Counted from the first letter of the stretch, positions 21,004 to 32,858 are shown. The stretch: 64,000 nt of DNA from Actinobacillus vicugnae (GCF_901687125.1 NZ_CABFJY010000033.1:48101-112100), one strand, 5' to 3'. The notes: generated from the sequence alone by a model not told the origin. Program-made: numbers and translations.

Positions 21004-22881
21004 TTAGCCCAATAATTTATTCATACGTTTGATAAATGCGGTTGGATTTTCCAGTGAGCCACGCTCTGCCAGCAATGCTTGTTCAAACAATAATTCGATC
21101 CAATCATTAAACTCTGCTTCGTCTGCTACATCTGCAATTTTCTTAACCATTTTGTGATCAGGGTTTAGCTCAAATGTATATTTCACTTCAGGTACTTTCT
21201 GCCCCATTGCTGCAAACAGTTTTGCCATTTGAGTCGTCATTTCATCTGAATCAGTTGAAACAATCGCAGGTGTATCGGTTAAACGATGAGTTAATACCAC
21301 TTTTTTCACACGGTCACCAAAATAGTTCTGTGCACGTTCAATAAAAGATCCAAATTCCGCTTGTTGCGCTTTTTGCTCTTCCTCTTGTGCTTTATCCGCT
21401 AAGTCGCCCAAATCTAAATCTGATTTGGTGATGCTTTGCAACGGTTTACCGTCAAATTCAGTTAAATGTCCTACTACCCATTCGTCAATACGATCAGACA
21501 ATAACAGCACTTCAATGCCTTTTTTATTGAATAATTCAAGGTGTGGGCTATTTTTTGCTGCCAGATAACTATCTGCCGTTAAGAAATAGATCGCTTTCTG
21601 CCCTGCTTGCATTCTGCTAACATAATCCGCCAAACTTACAGTCTGTTCATTCGAATCATTGTGGGTTGAAGCAAAATGGAATAATGAAGCCACTTGTTGC
21701 TTATTAGCAAAGTCTTCGCCCACGCCTTCTTTTAACACTAAACCAAATTCGTTCCAGAAGTTTTGATATTTGGCTTGATCGTCTTTGGCTAATTTTTCTA
21801 ATAGCTGTAACGCACGTTTAGTTAATGCTGAACGCAGTGAAGCGGTAACTTTGTTCTCTTGTAAAATTTCACGAGAAACATTAAGCGGTAAGTCGTTTGT
21901 GTCTAATAAACCTCGCATAAAACGCAGATAATTTGGCATAAACACTTCTGCATCATCCATAATAAACACACGCTGAACATAAAGTTTTAAGCCATGTTTT
22001 TGTTCTCGATTAAACAGATCAAAAGGTGCTTTCGCAGGCACATAAAGTAAACTGGTGTATTCCTGTTTACCTTCCACTTTATTGTGTGCCCAGATAAGTG
22101 CATCGTTATAATCGTGGCTTAAATGCTTATAAAATTCTTGATATTCTTCATCAGAAATTTCAGTTTTTGCACGTATCCAAAGCGCTTGTGCTTTGTTAAT
22201 TTTTTCCCATTTTTGACCGCTTACTTTGCCTTCCTCATCATATTCTGTGGTTTGAATTTCGACAGGTAAGCCAATGTGATCGGAATATTTTCCAATAATT
22301 TCACGCAAACGCCACTCGTTTAAAAATTCTTTTTCTTCTTCACGTAAATGCAAAATCACATCGGTACCACGACTTGCTTTTTCAATATCTGCAACAGTGT
22401 AATCGCCTTCACCCGCCGACTCCCAAAGTACACCTTGCGTTTCGCCTGCAGCACGGCTTTTAACGGTAACTTTGTCCGCCACAATAAACGCCGAATAAAA
22501 ACCAACACCGAATTGACCGATTAATTGGCTATCTTTAATTTGATCAGCACCTAATGCATTTAAAAATTCTTTAGTACCAGATTTTGCAATCGTGCCTAAG
22601 TGATCAATCACTTGTTCACGGTTCATCCCGATACCGTTATCGCTGATGGTGAGTGTGCCTAGCGTTTCATCAAAACTCACTCGTACACGTAGTTCGCCAT
22701 CGCCTTCATAAAGCGCAGGATTCGATAATGCTTTAAAACGCAGTTTGTCTGCCGCATCTGAAGCATTTGAGATTAATTCACGTAAGAAAATTTCTTTATT
22801 TGAATAAAGTGAATGGATCATTAATTGAAGTAGTTGTTTTACTTCTGATTGAAAGCCTCGTGTTTCTTGATTAGTACTCAT
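21004..22881 (-). CDS. htpG: chaperone HtpG (Hsp90)
   Basis: …[37 protein letters not shown]…. Confidence 0.95.
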   Translation of the reverse strand: MSTNQETRGFQSEVKQLLQLMIHSLYSNKEIFLRELISNASDAADKLRFKALSNPALYEGDGELRVRVSFDETLGTLTISDNGIGMNREQVIDHLGTIAKSGTKEFLNALGADQIKDSQLIGQFGVGFYSAFIVADKVTVKSRAAGETQGVLWESAGEGDYTVADIEKASRGTDVILHLREEEKEFLNEWRLREIIGKYSDHIGLPVEIQTTEYDEEGKVSGQKWEKINKAQALWIRAKTEISDEEYQEFYKHLSHDYNDALIWAHNKVEGKQEYTSLLYVPAKAPFDLFNREQKHGLKLYVQRVFIMDDAEVFMPNYLRFMRGLLDTNDLPLNVSREILQENKVTASLRSALTKRALQLLEKLAKDDQAKYQNFWNEFGLVLKEGVGEDFANKQQVASLFHFASTHNDSNEQTVSLADYVSRMQAGQKAIYFLTADSYLAAKNSPHLELFNKKGIEVLLLSDRIDEWVVGHLTEFDGKPLQSITKSDLDLGDLADKAQEEEQKAQQAEFGSFIERAQNYFGDRVKKVVLTHRLTDTPAIVSTDSDEMTTQMAKLFAAMGQKVPEVKYTFELNPDHKMVKKIADVADEAEFNDWIELLFEQALLAERGSLENPTAFIKRMNKLLG

Positions 22882-23116
22882 TTTTATCCTCTTTTAATTT
22901 GCAAAAAATAAGCGGAATCAAACCGCTTTTAAAAACGCCTTAGTAGATGGGGAATAATCAACGTTTTTCAAGCAGTAATTTCAAAGTTATTTTCTATTAA
23001 AAAATCTAATTTAATCGTTAAATTTTATTAAACTGATAGTTTTACAAAGAATACAACAATCAATAATAATATATCCATTGATTATACCTATGATAACTTT
23101 TGAAGGAACTTTTATT

Positions 23117-24649
23117 ATGTCTGAACAGAAATGTCCATTTCATCACACATCATTAACGATGAACAACGGTGCTCCTGTTGTTGATAACCAAAATAGTTTA
23201 ACTGCTGGCGCTCGTGGCCCACTGCTTGCTCAAGATTTATGGTTAAACGAAAAATTAGCAAACTTCGTACGTGAAGTGATCCCAGAGCGTCGTATGCACG
23301 CAAAAGGTTCTGGCGCATTCGGTAAATTTACTGTGACGCACGATATTACTCAATACACTAAAGCTGCAATCTTCAGCCAAGTTGGTAAAGAAACCGAATT
23401 ATTTGCACGTTTCACAACAGTGGCAGGAGAACGTGGTGCGGCAGATGCTGAGCGTGATATTCGTGGCTTTGCAGTGAAATTCTACACCGAGCAAGGTAAC
23501 TGGGATTTAGTGGGTAACAACACACCTGTATTCTTCTTACGTGATCCACGTAAATTCCCAGACTTAAACAAAGCCGTTAAACGTGACCCTCGCACCAATA
23601 TGCGTAGTGCAACCAATAACTGGGATTTTTGGACATTATTACCAGAGGCATTCCACCAAGTAACCATCGTAATGTCTGAACGTGGTATTCCAGCATCTTA
23701 CCGCCATATGCACGGTTTTGGTTCACACACTTATAGCTTAATTAATGCGAACAATGAGCGTTTCTGGGTGAAATTCCATTTCCGCACGCAACAAGGCATT
23801 AAAAACTTAACGAACGAAGAAGCGGCGGCAATTATTGCTAAAGATCGTGAATCACACCAACGTGATTTATACGAATCAATCGAAAAAGGCGATTTCCCGA
23901 AATGGACACTTTACATTCAAGTAATGCCTGAAGCGGATGCAGAAAAAGTAAACTTCCACCCGTTCGACTTAACTAAAGTTTGGTCGAAAAAAGATTACCC
24001 ATTAATTGAAGTGGGCGTAATGGAATTAAACCGCAACCCAGCAAACTTCTTTGCTGATGTGGAACAATCTGCATTTGCACCGAGCAATTTAGTACCAGGT
24101 ATCAGTGTATCGCCAGACCGTATGTTACAAGCTCGTTTATTTAACTATGCAGATGCACAACGCTACCGTTTAGGCGTAAACCATCACCAAATCCCAGTAA
24201 ATGCACCTCGTTGCCCTGTGCACAGCAATGCGCGTGACGGTCAAGGTCGTGTAGATGGTAACTATGGTTCAACGTTACATTATGAGCCAAATAGTTTTGG
24301 TCAATGGCAAGAACAATCACAGTTTGCTGAACCACCACTCAAAATCAACGGTGATGCAGCACATTGGGATTATCGCCAAGACGATGCTGACTACTTCAGC
24401 CAACCACGCGTATTATTCAACAATATGACTGATTCAGAAAAAGAATCATTATTTAATAATACTGCAGCAGGTATGGGTGATGCGTTAGATTTCATTAAAT
24501 ACCGTCATATTCGTAACTGTTACTTCTGTGACCCAGCGTACGGTGAAGGTGTAGCAAAAGCATTAGGCATGACTGTAGCTGATGCAATGGAAGCATACAA
24601 TACAGATCCAGCAATGGGTCAACCAGGTTTATTAAAACCAAACCTCTAA
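23117..24649 (+). CDS. katA: monofunctional haem catalase (clade-3; hktE/katA-type)
   Basis: …RERIPERVVHAKG-like motif ([13 protein letters not shown]), distal His/Asn and the Tyr ligand region. GAAGGA lies 9 nt upstream of the ATG at 23117. Confidence 0.95.
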   Translation: MSEQKCPFHHTSLTMNNGAPVVDNQNSLTAGARGPLLAQDLWLNEKLANFVREVIPERRMHAKGSGAFGKFTVTHDITQYTKAAIFSQVGKETELFARFTTVAGERGAADAERDIRGFAVKFYTEQGNWDLVGNNTPVFFLRDPRKFPDLNKAVKRDPRTNMRSATNNWDFWTLLPEAFHQVTIVMSERGIPASYRHMHGFGSHTYSLINANNERFWVKFHFRTQQGIKNLTNEEAAAIIAKDRESHQRDLYESIEKGDFPKWTLYIQVMPEADAEKVNFHPFDLTKVWSKKDYPLIEVGVMELNRNPANFFADVEQSAFAPSNLVPGISVSPDRMLQARLFNYADAQRYRLGVNHHQIPVNAPRCPVHSNARDGQGRVDGNYGSTLHYEPNSFGQWQEQSQFAEPPLKINGDAAHWDYRQDDADYFSQPRVLFNNMTDSEKESLFNNTAAGMGDALDFIKYRHIRNCYFCDPAYGEGVAKALGMTVADAMEAYNTDPAMGQPGLLKPNL

Positions 24650-24747
24650 TTTAATCGCTAGAAGTACCGTATTTGCAAATGCCGACTTTTCAAAACCTGC
24701 GAGAAATCGCACAATAGTCCTCCTTACATAATGGCATTTGCCTTATC

Positions 24748-24784
24748 AAAGCTCTATCGTCACGATGATAGGGCTTTTCTTTTG
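24748..24784 (+). terminator. Catalase terminator (AAAGCTCTATC-gtcacgat-GATAGGGCTTT followed by TCTTTT)
   Basis: 11-bp stem with one G·U pair, followed by a T-run. It lies inside the 5' end of the track ORF 24738..25934, which argues that the downstream gene starts later. Confidence 0.55.
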
Positions 24785-24854
24785 TCTAACTAAACGATCT
24801 AAGTTACAATCGCTATTCATCACAATCTATCCTCTCTCAATCAAAGGAAAACTT

Positions 24855-25934
24855 TTGGAATATCGTTATTACATTACTACAACAATTGTGATTATTGTAT
24901 TGCAATGTTTGATTTTTAATTTGTCACGCACCTTAGCTTGGTTATTTAATTTATCTGCAAAACCTCGTAAGATCGTCACATTTATAAGCTATTTAGCCGC
25001 AAATGGTTTAGCAGTTCTAACTGTAACACGTACGTTTAACGGCTTTAGAATCACTGCGCTAATATTAGCTTTATTACTATTTGCCTTATTTGTTAGCCTC
25101 ACTTGTGCGGTGATTTATCACCTATTTAAAGGTAAACAAGCGGTCAATTTTGCGCTAAAAATTGCCTATCCTTTTGCATTTTTCGGTCTTGTTGGATTAG
25201 CGTTATATAACGCCTATACACCGAAAGTAGTACATTATTCTGTACAATTAGATAAGCCCCTAAGCCAACCAGTGCGAATTGGTGTAGCAAGCGATCTACA
25301 TTTAGGGCAATGGTTTGGTGCGAAACAATTAGATCAGTTAGCGAATATTTTTGATCAACAAAAAGTCGATCTAATTTTATTACCTGGCGATATTATGGAC
25401 GATAATACCGATGCTTATTTGGCAGAAAATATGCGTCCACATTTCGCAAAATTGAAGGCGCCACTCGGCGTATATGCAACATTGGGTAATCATGATTTCT
25501 TTGGTCACCAGCTAGCCATCGCTAATGAAATTGAGCAGGCGGGTATTCACGTTTTATGGGATCAAGCGGTCGAAATTAATGGCACATTAACCATTATTGG
25601 ACGCAACGATGATTTAGTTAAAAAGCGCCCAACTGCCGAGCAATTACTCAGTAAAGTGAATAGCAATCTACCTGTATTTTTGCTTGATCACCGTCCAACA
25701 GAAATCGAAAAACACGCAGTTCTACCGATTGATTTACAGGTATCTGGACACTCTCATAGAGGTCAAATTTTCCCAGCAAATTTAATCACCAAAATGATCT
25801 ATCGCTTAGATTATGGCTATGAGAAAATCGGATTAGGTCATTATTTTGTCACTTCAGGTTACGGCTTTTGGGGGGTTCCAATGCGATTGGGTACTCAATC
25901 AGAAGTGTTTATTATTGATGTAACAGGTAAATAG
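24855..25934 (+). CDS. membrane-anchored metallophosphoesterase (calcineurin-like phosphoesterase, YkuE-like)
   Basis: Catalytic motifs GVASDLHLG, LLPGDIMDD, LGNHDFF and SGHSHRG. The N-terminus has TM helices. The proposed start is the in-frame TTG at 24855, with AAGGA 6 nt upstream and lying after the catalase terminator. The start is uncertain. Confidence 0.6.
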   Translation: MEYRYYITTTIVIIVLQCLIFNLSRTLAWLFNLSAKPRKIVTFISYLAANGLAVLTVTRTFNGFRITALILALLLFALFVSLTCAVIYHLFKGKQAVNFALKIAYPFAFFGLVGLALYNAYTPKVVHYSVQLDKPLSQPVRIGVASDLHLGQWFGAKQLDQLANIFDQQKVDLILLPGDIMDDNTDAYLAENMRPHFAKLKAPLGVYATLGNHDFFGHQLAIANEIEQAGIHVLWDQAVEINGTLTIIGRNDDLVKKRPTAEQLLSKVNSNLPVFLLDHRPTEIEKHAVLPIDLQVSGHSHRGQIFPANLITKMIYRLDYGYEKIGLGHYFVTSGYGFWGVPMRLGTQSEVFIIDVTGK

Positions 25935-25951
25935 CCTGAGTTTTTTTATGC

Positions 25952-25987
25952 AAACCCCTGAATTGATTTTCAGGGGTTTATTTTTTA
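25952..25987 (+). terminator. Hairpin AAACCCCTGAA…TTCAGGGGTTT followed by T7
   Basis: Seen directly. Confidence 0.75.
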
Positions 25988-26073
25988 TATTTCTCAAATG
26001 TACCACAGCTTCAATCACTTAGCTTTTGTCAATATCTCTTTACAAAACTTTCCGCTTGCACACCCTTCAATAA

Positions 26074-26119
26074 ATCAATATCTTGTATATAAAAGATTTG
26101 AAAGCACAATATATAGTGT
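26074..26119 (+). promoter_or_regulatory. Two candidate NrdR boxes upstream of nrdA: a weak one at ATCAATATCTTGTAT (26074..26088) and a strong one at CACAATATATAGTGT (26105..26119)
   Basis: The second box is a near-perfect match to the NrdR palindrome (CAC-w-ATATATA-w-GTG). The two boxes are about 31 bp centre to centre, the usual three-turn spacing. Confidence 0.5.
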
Positions 26120-26151
26120 TTTTATGTTGAGGGTAAAAGGAGACAATTTTT

Positions 26152-28422
26152 ATGCAGAAAACATTGATGGTGACCAAACGTAATGGACAACAAGAAGCTT
26201 TTGATTTGGATAAAATCCATCGAGTGATCACTTGGGCGGCAGAAGGTTTACAAAATGTATCGGTTTCACAAGTGGAATTGAGTGCACATATTCAATTCTA
26301 TCAAGGCATTCGCACTGCCGATATTCATGAAACGATCATCAAAGCTGCGGCGGATTTAATCAGTAAAGAAACGCCTGATTATCAATATCTTGCTGCCCGT
26401 TTAGCAGTATTTCATCTGCGTAAAAAAGCTTATGGCGATTTCACTCCACCACATTTATTCAGCCATGTAAAAAAGCTAGTTGAACTTGGTAAATACGATA
26501 AAAGCTTGCTTACCGATTATAGTGAACAAGAATGGCAATTGATGAATGAATTTTTAGTTCACAGTCGAGATATGGATTTTTCTTATGCTGCGGTAAAACA
26601 GCTCGAAGGAAAATATTTGGTACAGAACCGAGTAACGGGTGAAATTTATGAATCTGCTCAATTTTTATATCTGTTAGTTGCTGCTTGCTTATTTTCTAAA
26701 TATCCGAAAGCCACTCGTTTAGATTATGTAAAACGCTTTTACGATGCGACTTCAACTTTCAAAATTTCTTTGCCAACTCCAATTATGGCTGGCGTTCGCA
26801 CCCCAACACGGCAATTTAGTTCTTGTGTACTAATTGAGTGCGGAGATAGTTTAGATTCAATAAATGCGACTTCGGCTGCAATTATCAAATACGTTTCACA
26901 ACGGGCAGGCATTGGCATTAATGCAGGTGCGATCCGTGCGTTAGGTAGTCCAATTCGCCAAGGCGAAGCGTTCCACACAGGTTGTATTCCGTTCTACAAA
27001 CATTTCCAAACCGCAGTGAAATCTTGTTCGCAAGGCGGTGTACGAGGTGGTGCAGCAACCGTTTACTATCCACTATGGCATTTAGAAGTTGAAAGTTTAT
27101 TAGTGTTGAAAAATAACAGAGGGGTTGAAGATAACCGTTGTCGCCATATGGATTATGGTGTGCAAATCAATAAGCTGATGTATCAACGCTTAATCAAAGG
27201 TGGCGAAATTACCTTATTTAGCCCATCGGATGTAGAAGGTTTATATGAAGCATTTTTTGCCGATCAACAAAAATTTGAGCAACTTTATTTACAATATGAG
27301 CAAGACCCAACCATTCGCAAACGTAGCGTAAAAGCAGTCGAATTATTTTCGTTATTAATGCAAGAACGTGCGTCAACGGGTCGTATTTATATTCAAAATG
27401 TCGATCACTGCAACACGCATTCACCATTTAATCCACAAGTTGCACCAATTAGACAATCAAATTTGTGCTTAGAAATTGCATTGCCAACTAAACCGCTTAA
27501 CGATATTAATGATGAAAATGGTGAAATTGCGCTCTGTACGCTTTCGGCGTTTAACTTAGGCACCTTGCAAAATTTAGATGAATTTGAACCGCTTGCCGAT
27601 TTAGTGGTAAGAGCGCTGGATGCTTTATTGGACTATCAAGATTACCCTGTGAAAGCCGCTAAATATCCTGCACTCGCTCGCCGTTCACTCGGCATTGGTG
27701 TGATTAATTACGCCTATTATTTAGCCAAAAATGGCGTGCGCTATTCAGATGGTTCAGCAAATGCGCTCACACATCGCACTTTTGAAGCAATGCAATATTA
27801 TTTGTTAAAAGCTTCAATGAATTTAGCCAAAGAACAAGGTGCTTGCGCTCGTTTTAATGAAACTAGCTATGCGCAAGGTATTTTGCCGATTGATAGCTAC
27901 AAAAAAGAGTTAGATAACCTAATCCAAGAGCCTCTACATTACGATTGGGAAACTTTGCGTGCAGAAATTAAACAATTTGGTTTACGAAATTCCACACTTA
28001 GTTCGTTAATGCCATCAGAAACTTCATCGCAAATTTCAAATGCAACCAATGGTATTGAGCCTCCTCGTGGTTATGTAAGCATTAAAGCCTCAAAAGACGG
28101 TATCTTAAAACAGGTTGTGCCTGAATACGAAAAACTGCGTGGACAATATGAATTGCTATGGGATATTCCCGATATGAGCGGTTATTTGCAATTAGTTGGC
28201 ATCATGCAGAAATTCGTTGATCAGGCAATTTCCGCTAATACCAATTATGACCCGCAACGATTTGAAGACGGTAAAGTGCCAATGAAGCGTTTACTCGCTG
28301 ATTTACTCACTGCTTATAAATACGGTTTAAAAACCTTGTATTACCAAAATACTAGAGATGGTGCAGAAGACGCTCAAGAAGATTTAAATGATGGTTGCGC
28401 AGGCGGTGCTTGCAAAATTTAA
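26152..28422 (+). CDS. nrdA: class Ia ribonucleoside-diphosphate reductase alpha subunit
   Basis: N-terminal ATP-cone (VTKRNGQQEAFDLDKIHRV), an active-site NxCxE motif (SNLCLEIAL) and the C-terminal CxxC tail (CAGGACKI). Confidence 0.95.
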   Translation: MQKTLMVTKRNGQQEAFDLDKIHRVITWAAEGLQNVSVSQVELSAHIQFYQGIRTADIHETIIKAAADLISKETPDYQYLAARLAVFHLRKKAYGDFTPPHLFSHVKKLVELGKYDKSLLTDYSEQEWQLMNEFLVHSRDMDFSYAAVKQLEGKYLVQNRVTGEIYESAQFLYLLVAACLFSKYPKATRLDYVKRFYDATSTFKISLPTPIMAGVRTPTRQFSSCVLIECGDSLDSINATSAAIIKYVSQRAGIGINAGAIRALGSPIRQGEAFHTGCIPFYKHFQTAVKSCSQGGVRGGAATVYYPLWHLEVESLLVLKNNRGVEDNRCRHMDYGVQINKLMYQRLIKGGEITLFSPSDVEGLYEAFFADQQKFEQLYLQYEQDPTIRKRSVKAVELFSLLMQERASTGRIYIQNVDHCNTHSPFNPQVAPIRQSNLCLEIALPTKPLNDINDENGEIALCTLSAFNLGTLQNLDEFEPLADLVVRALDALLDYQDYPVKAAKYPALARRSLGIGVINYAYYLAKNGVRYSDGSANALTHRTFEAMQYYLLKASMNLAKEQGACARFNETSYAQGILPIDSYKKELDNLIQEPLHYDWETLRAEIKQFGLRNSTLSSLMPSETSSQISNATNGIEPPRGYVSIKASKDGILKQVVPEYEKLRGQYELLWDIPDMSGYLQLVGIMQKFVDQAISANTNYDPQRFEDGKVPMKRLLADLLTAYKYGLKTLYYQNTRDGAEDAQEDLNDGCAGGACKI

Positions 28423-28512
28423 CCTCAAATAAGCGGTAAAATTTTCTAAAAAAATAGCAAGGGCAAACATAGTTTTGCCCTTACCAATAAAAAAATTAAA
28501 GAGGGGGACAAT

Positions 28513-29643
28513 ATGGCTTATACCACTTTCTCACAAAACAAAAATGACCAATTAAAAGAACCTATGTTTTTCGGGCAGAATGTGAATGTCGCCCGCTACG
28601 ATCAACAAAAATATGAATTATTTGAAAAGCTGATTGAGAAGCAACTTTCATTTTTCTGGCGTCCAGAAGAAGTGGACGTATCGCAAGACCGCATTGACTA
28701 TCAAGCGCTACCAGAACATGAAAAGCATATTTTTATCAGCAACTTAAAATACCAAACGTTATTAGATTCGATTCAGGGCCGTAGCCCAAATGTCGCTTTT
28801 TTACCACTGGTTTCTATTCCAGAGTTAGAAACTTGGATTGAAACATGGACATTTTCTGAAACAATTCATTCTCGTTCTTATACGCATATTATTCGCAATA
28901 TTGTGAATGATCCGTCAATTGTGTTCGACGATATTGTTACAAATGAAGAGATCATTAAACGTGCGCGTGATATTTCTTGTTATTACGATGATTTAATTCG
29001 AGATTCACAACTTTACACGTTGTATGGGGAAGGCTGTTACACTGTAGATGGTAAACAATGCCAAGTTACTTTACGTAATTTAAAACGTCAGCTCTATTTA
29101 TGTTTAATGAGCGTAAATGTATTAGAAGCGATTCGCTTTTATGTTTCATTTGCTTGTTCTTTTGCTTTTGCCGAACGCCAATTAATGGAAGGTAACGCCA
29201 AAATTATTAAATTTATCGCACGTGATGAATATCTACATCTTACTGGCACACAAAATATGTTGAATATTATGGCTTCAGGACAAGACGATCCTGAAATGGC
29301 GGAAATTGCCGAAGAGTGTAAACAAGAAGCCTACGACTTGTTTGTAGCTGCTGCCGAGCAAGAAAAAGAATGGGCGGCTTATTTATTTAAAGACGGCTCA
29401 ATGATTGGCTTAAATGAAGATATTTTAGTGAAATATGTCGAATATATTACCAATATTCGGATGCAAGCGGTCGGATTACCTCGCCCTTTTGCAACGGCTT
29501 CAAATCCAATTCCGTGGATCAACGCTTGGTTAGTTTCGGATAATGTACAAGTTGCACCACAAGAAGTAGAAGTAAGTTCTTATTTGGTTGGGCAAATTGA
29601 TGCTAAAGTCGATACTAGTGATTTCGATAGCTTTGAATTATAA
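28513..29643 (+). CDS. nrdB: class Ia ribonucleoside-diphosphate reductase beta subunit
   Basis: 376 aa. The diiron/tyrosyl-radical motifs are collinear with E. coli NrdB (…[14 protein letters not shown]…[11 protein letters not shown]…). Confidence 0.95.
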   Translation: MAYTTFSQNKNDQLKEPMFFGQNVNVARYDQQKYELFEKLIEKQLSFFWRPEEVDVSQDRIDYQALPEHEKHIFISNLKYQTLLDSIQGRSPNVAFLPLVSIPELETWIETWTFSETIHSRSYTHIIRNIVNDPSIVFDDIVTNEEIIKRARDISCYYDDLIRDSQLYTLYGEGCYTVDGKQCQVTLRNLKRQLYLCLMSVNVLEAIRFYVSFACSFAFAERQLMEGNAKIIKFIARDEYLHLTGTQNMLNIMASGQDDPEMAEIAEECKQEAYDLFVAAAEQEKEWAAYLFKDGSMIGLNEDILVKYVEYITNIRMQAVGLPRPFATASNPIPWINAWLVSDNVQVAPQEVEVSSYLVGQIDAKVDTSDFDSFEL

Positions 29644-29669
29644 AATATCTAATTGATTTTTCTCGTTTT

Positions 29670-29689
29670 GGGCGAATAGCAGTTCGCCC
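29670..29689 (+). terminator. Hairpin GGGCGAA-tagcag-TTCGCCC after nrdB
   Basis: 7-bp GC-rich stem. The T-run is weak. Confidence 0.4.
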
Positions 29690-29825
29690 TATATTGAATA
29701 AAGTCGTGCATAAAGCTACTCTGCTACCGCATCGCGGTCTTCCTCGCACCTCTCTCCAAATTATCCATAATTCTCTCGCCAAATAAGCTATAATAGATTC
29801 TCATCTATAATTTATTAGGAAAGCA

Positions 29826-30941
29826 ATGATTTTATTACGAAACATATTTTTAGGCATCGTGATTATTGCCTGCGTATTGGCTTTGTCCGCTTATCTGTTT
29901 ATGCAAACTAAGCCTTTTGGTAAATTGCCGAGTGGCGAACATTTAACCCGCATTCAGCAATCACAGCATTATTTAAACGGCGAATTTAAAAACCTATCGC
30001 CAACTATTTTATCTACTGGCAACAAAAGCCGTTGGCGAGTATTTTACGATTTTGTATTTGATCGCATTGAACATCTCACTCCGCCAGCGCCATTGCCAAC
30101 GGTAGAAATCAACCTAAAAGCATTACCTACCGATCGTAATTTCTTTGTCTGGTTTGGGCATTCTTCTTATTTGATCCAATTAGATGGCAAGCGTTTTTTA
30201 ATCGATCCTGTATTGGTCGCAGGTTCACCCCTTTCATTTATCAATAAAATGTTTGCTGGTTCGAATCCTTACTCACCTGATGAAATGCCAGAGATTGATT
30301 ATCTGATTATCACCCATGATCACTGGGATCATTTAGATTACGAAACAGTCAGTCAGCTAATGCCAAAAGTGAAGCACGTTATCACCACACTCGGGGTAGG
30401 TTCGCATCTTGAATATTGGGGATATGATCCGAAAAAAATCACTGAATTAGATTGGTTTCAACAAAATCCATTAGCCGCTCAACTTAACATTACTGCGTTA
30501 CCCGCCCGCCATTTTTCAGGACGAGGCATCACAGGTAATAAAACGCTTTGGGCTTCATTTATGCTGCAATCTGCAACTGAAACCATTTATATCGGGGGCG
30601 ACAGTGGCTACGATCGTTTCTACCAAGATATTGCTAAACACTTCCCAAATATTAGCTTAGCAATTATGGAAAATGGTCAATACAATGTGAATTGGGCGAA
30701 TGTTCACATTCAACCCCATGAGTTGGTGCAAGCAATCAAAACGCTTAAGCCGAAAAAATTGCTTGGCGTACATAATTCTAAATTTGCCTTAGCGAAACAT
30801 TCTTGGAAAGAACCTCTCGAACAGCTTTACCAGCATTCTCAACAAGAAAAACTACCGCTATTTACCCCAATGATTGGCGAAGTGTTTTATTTTTCTGAAG
30901 ATAATCAACACTTTAGTAAGTGGTGGGATAACGTAAAATAA
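29826..30941 (+). CDS. MBL-fold metallo-hydrolase with N-terminal TM anchor
   Basis: Motif HxHxDH (ITHDHWDHLD) plus downstream His/Asp ligands. Confidence 0.75.
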   Translation: MILLRNIFLGIVIIACVLALSAYLFMQTKPFGKLPSGEHLTRIQQSQHYLNGEFKNLSPTILSTGNKSRWRVFYDFVFDRIEHLTPPAPLPTVEINLKALPTDRNFFVWFGHSSYLIQLDGKRFLIDPVLVAGSPLSFINKMFAGSNPYSPDEMPEIDYLIITHDHWDHLDYETVSQLMPKVKHVITTLGVGSHLEYWGYDPKKITELDWFQQNPLAAQLNITALPARHFSGRGITGNKTLWASFMLQSATETIYIGGDSGYDRFYQDIAKHFPNISLAIMENGQYNVNWANVHIQPHELVQAIKTLKPKKLLGVHNSKFALAKHSWKEPLEQLYQHSQQEKLPLFTPMIGEVFYFSEDNQHFSKWWDNVK

Positions 30942-31283
30942 AAATCTAACCTTACTAAGCTGGACTTTCAAAGACGTAGCAAATAATAAAAGCGTTCATT
31001 ACTATTAACATTTCTGTTTATTAGTCATGGACGTTTTTTTATTTTAGGCATAAAACAAGTAATTTCCACCATTACATTTATGGTTATCACTATAAAAACT
31101 TGTTAAAACATCCTAGTTTATTAACTACAAGCTAAAATTGGACAATACCCTCAGCATTTGGAGCTAATTAAATTTATTATAAGCAGCTACTAATATACAA
31201 AAGCTAGCCTGTTTCAATAACTTAGCCACTGTGCCTAACGTAAAAAAAGTGAGGTCCAGTGGCTAAAATAACCGCTTATGACA

Positions 31284-32717
31284 TTAGTTATCAGAAGCTT
31301 TTGGTTCTGAATTGTTTGAACCTAAAAACTTACCAATCAGCGCTTTACCTAATTCTGATTGATTTAAGCCTTCTAAGGTTGCGGCAATTTTGGTACCGCC
31401 TGTTGAGCTAAATAATTCGCCTACACGCTGGATACCTTTATCGACTTTCTCATCATTAATAATAAATTTCATATCTGAATTTGAAAGCGCTTTCGCTTGT
31501 TCGATGCCAATTGCTTGATTTGCTTCAATTTGACGAATGCTGATTAAGTAGCTTTGATAGCCTTCGTTTCCGCCAATTTCTTTCGCAAGTTCAATTTGAC
31601 CAGACACTAATGAAATCTCAAGTTTTTGCTTCGCTTCTGCTTCCGCAGAACCGATTTTCGCAATACCTTGCGCCTCTTTGTCTTTGGTTTCAAGCAAAGC
31701 TTCGGCAGCTAAGAATGCTTTTTGTTTTTCCCCTTCTGCCACTAAAATTTGATGTTGTTTTTCTGCCTCAGAATCAATAATTAACGCATTTTTATTTGCC
31801 TCAGCTTTAATTTCCTGCGTACGTTTTTCTTGATCAGCTTTTACGATTTCCACATCTTTGGCAATTTCAGCCTGTTTCACTTCAGCGACACGTTTAACTT
31901 CCATCTCACGTTCTTTCGTGATTTTTTCTTGTTCTTTCACCAATTGTTGCGCCTGCTCGTTAGAAACCGCAACCTCTCGTTGATTTTCTACCGTTTTCAA
32001 GCCAACTTCTTTCTCTGCTTCTTGACGTTTTACATCAGCCTCTTTTTTCGCTTCAATTTCTGCAATTTGCGCTTCTTTCTGATTGCGAGCCACTTCTACT
32101 CGACTTTCTTTTTCAATAAAGGATTTTTTAATTTCCATAATATTGAAAATAACCTTTGAATTACCGCTATCACGAATATCCATGAGCTCAATATTTTTAA
32201 CAGGCTCAATACCCCAATTTTTCAATTGCTCTTTAACCGCTTGAGTAAAATCATCGCCGAGTTCTGAGCGCACTTGTAAAATATCGTTTAAATTACGGCT
32301 AGATAAAATCGAACGCACCGAACCTTGAATAATATCCACCAATTGAATATTCATGTCATGGAAATCTGATACACGTTGCGCCGCAAGATTTGAGTCTGAC
32401 ACACGGAAGAACGCGGTAATATCGACTACAAACGGCAAACGTTCTAAATCGTACGCCTCATAGTTATCAATTTTGATTGAGAACACTGAAACAGGTAGCA
32501 CAATCGTACTCACCCCGATTACAGGTAACCACGACGGAAACGCATAATAAACGTTGCCATTACCAGTATCTTTACCATAAGAAGTCGTTTTACCACCCGA
32601 TTGTACAATATGCACCTCATTGGTTTTCACCACACGGCGAAACAGCAAGGCAATCACCAATGAAAGCACGATAATTGCAACCAATAAACTACCAGTAGCA
32701 ATATAAATAAAATCCAT
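31284..32717 (-). CDS. flotillin-like SPFH/band-7 protein (YqiK family)
   Basis: N-terminal TM, an SPFH domain, then a long Glu/Lys/Ala-rich coiled coil (…EAEKQHQILVAEGEKQKAFLAAEAL…). AGGAGG lies 6 nt upstream of the ATG. No NfeD partner gene is adjacent. Confidence 0.75.
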   Translation of the reverse strand: MDFIYIATGSLLVAIIVLSLVIALLFRRVVKTNEVHIVQSGGKTTSYGKDTGNGNVYYAFPSWLPVIGVSTIVLPVSVFSIKIDNYEAYDLERLPFVVDITAFFRVSDSNLAAQRVSDFHDMNIQLVDIIQGSVRSILSSRNLNDILQVRSELGDDFTQAVKEQLKNWGIEPVKNIELMDIRDSGNSKVIFNIMEIKKSFIEKESRVEVARNQKEAQIAEIEAKKEADVKRQEAEKEVGLKTVENQREVAVSNEQAQQLVKEQEKITKEREMEVKRVAEVKQAEIAKDVEIVKADQEKRTQEIKAEANKNALIIDSEAEKQHQILVAEGEKQKAFLAAEALLETKDKEAQGIAKIGSAEAEAKQKLEISLVSGQIELAKEIGGNEGYQSYLISIRQIEANQAIGIEQAKALSNSDMKFIINDEKVDKGIQRVGELFSSTGGTKIAATLEGLNQSELGKALIGKFLGSNNSEPKASDN

Positions 32718-32858
32718 ACTTTAGCCTCCTTTTGAAAGAATGAATCTTTTCCAATTTACGCGATCAAGCGGTTAAATTCTAGCAAAATTTTGCAAAAATT
32801 TATTTAACTCGCAATTTCCATTACAATAGCGCAATGACTATTTATTAAAGAACAAATT

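Noticed and set aside
22882-23116. Possible Fur/OxyR site (AATAATAATATATCCATTGATTATACC) in the htpG-katA divergent region
   Set aside because: It is AT-rich, but I cannot match it confidently to a Fur-box or OxyR consensus without a PWM.
31830-32159. 109-aa Phe-rich ORF on the + strand
   Set aside because: Antisense shadow inside the flotillin coiled-coil region. Composition is not protein-like.
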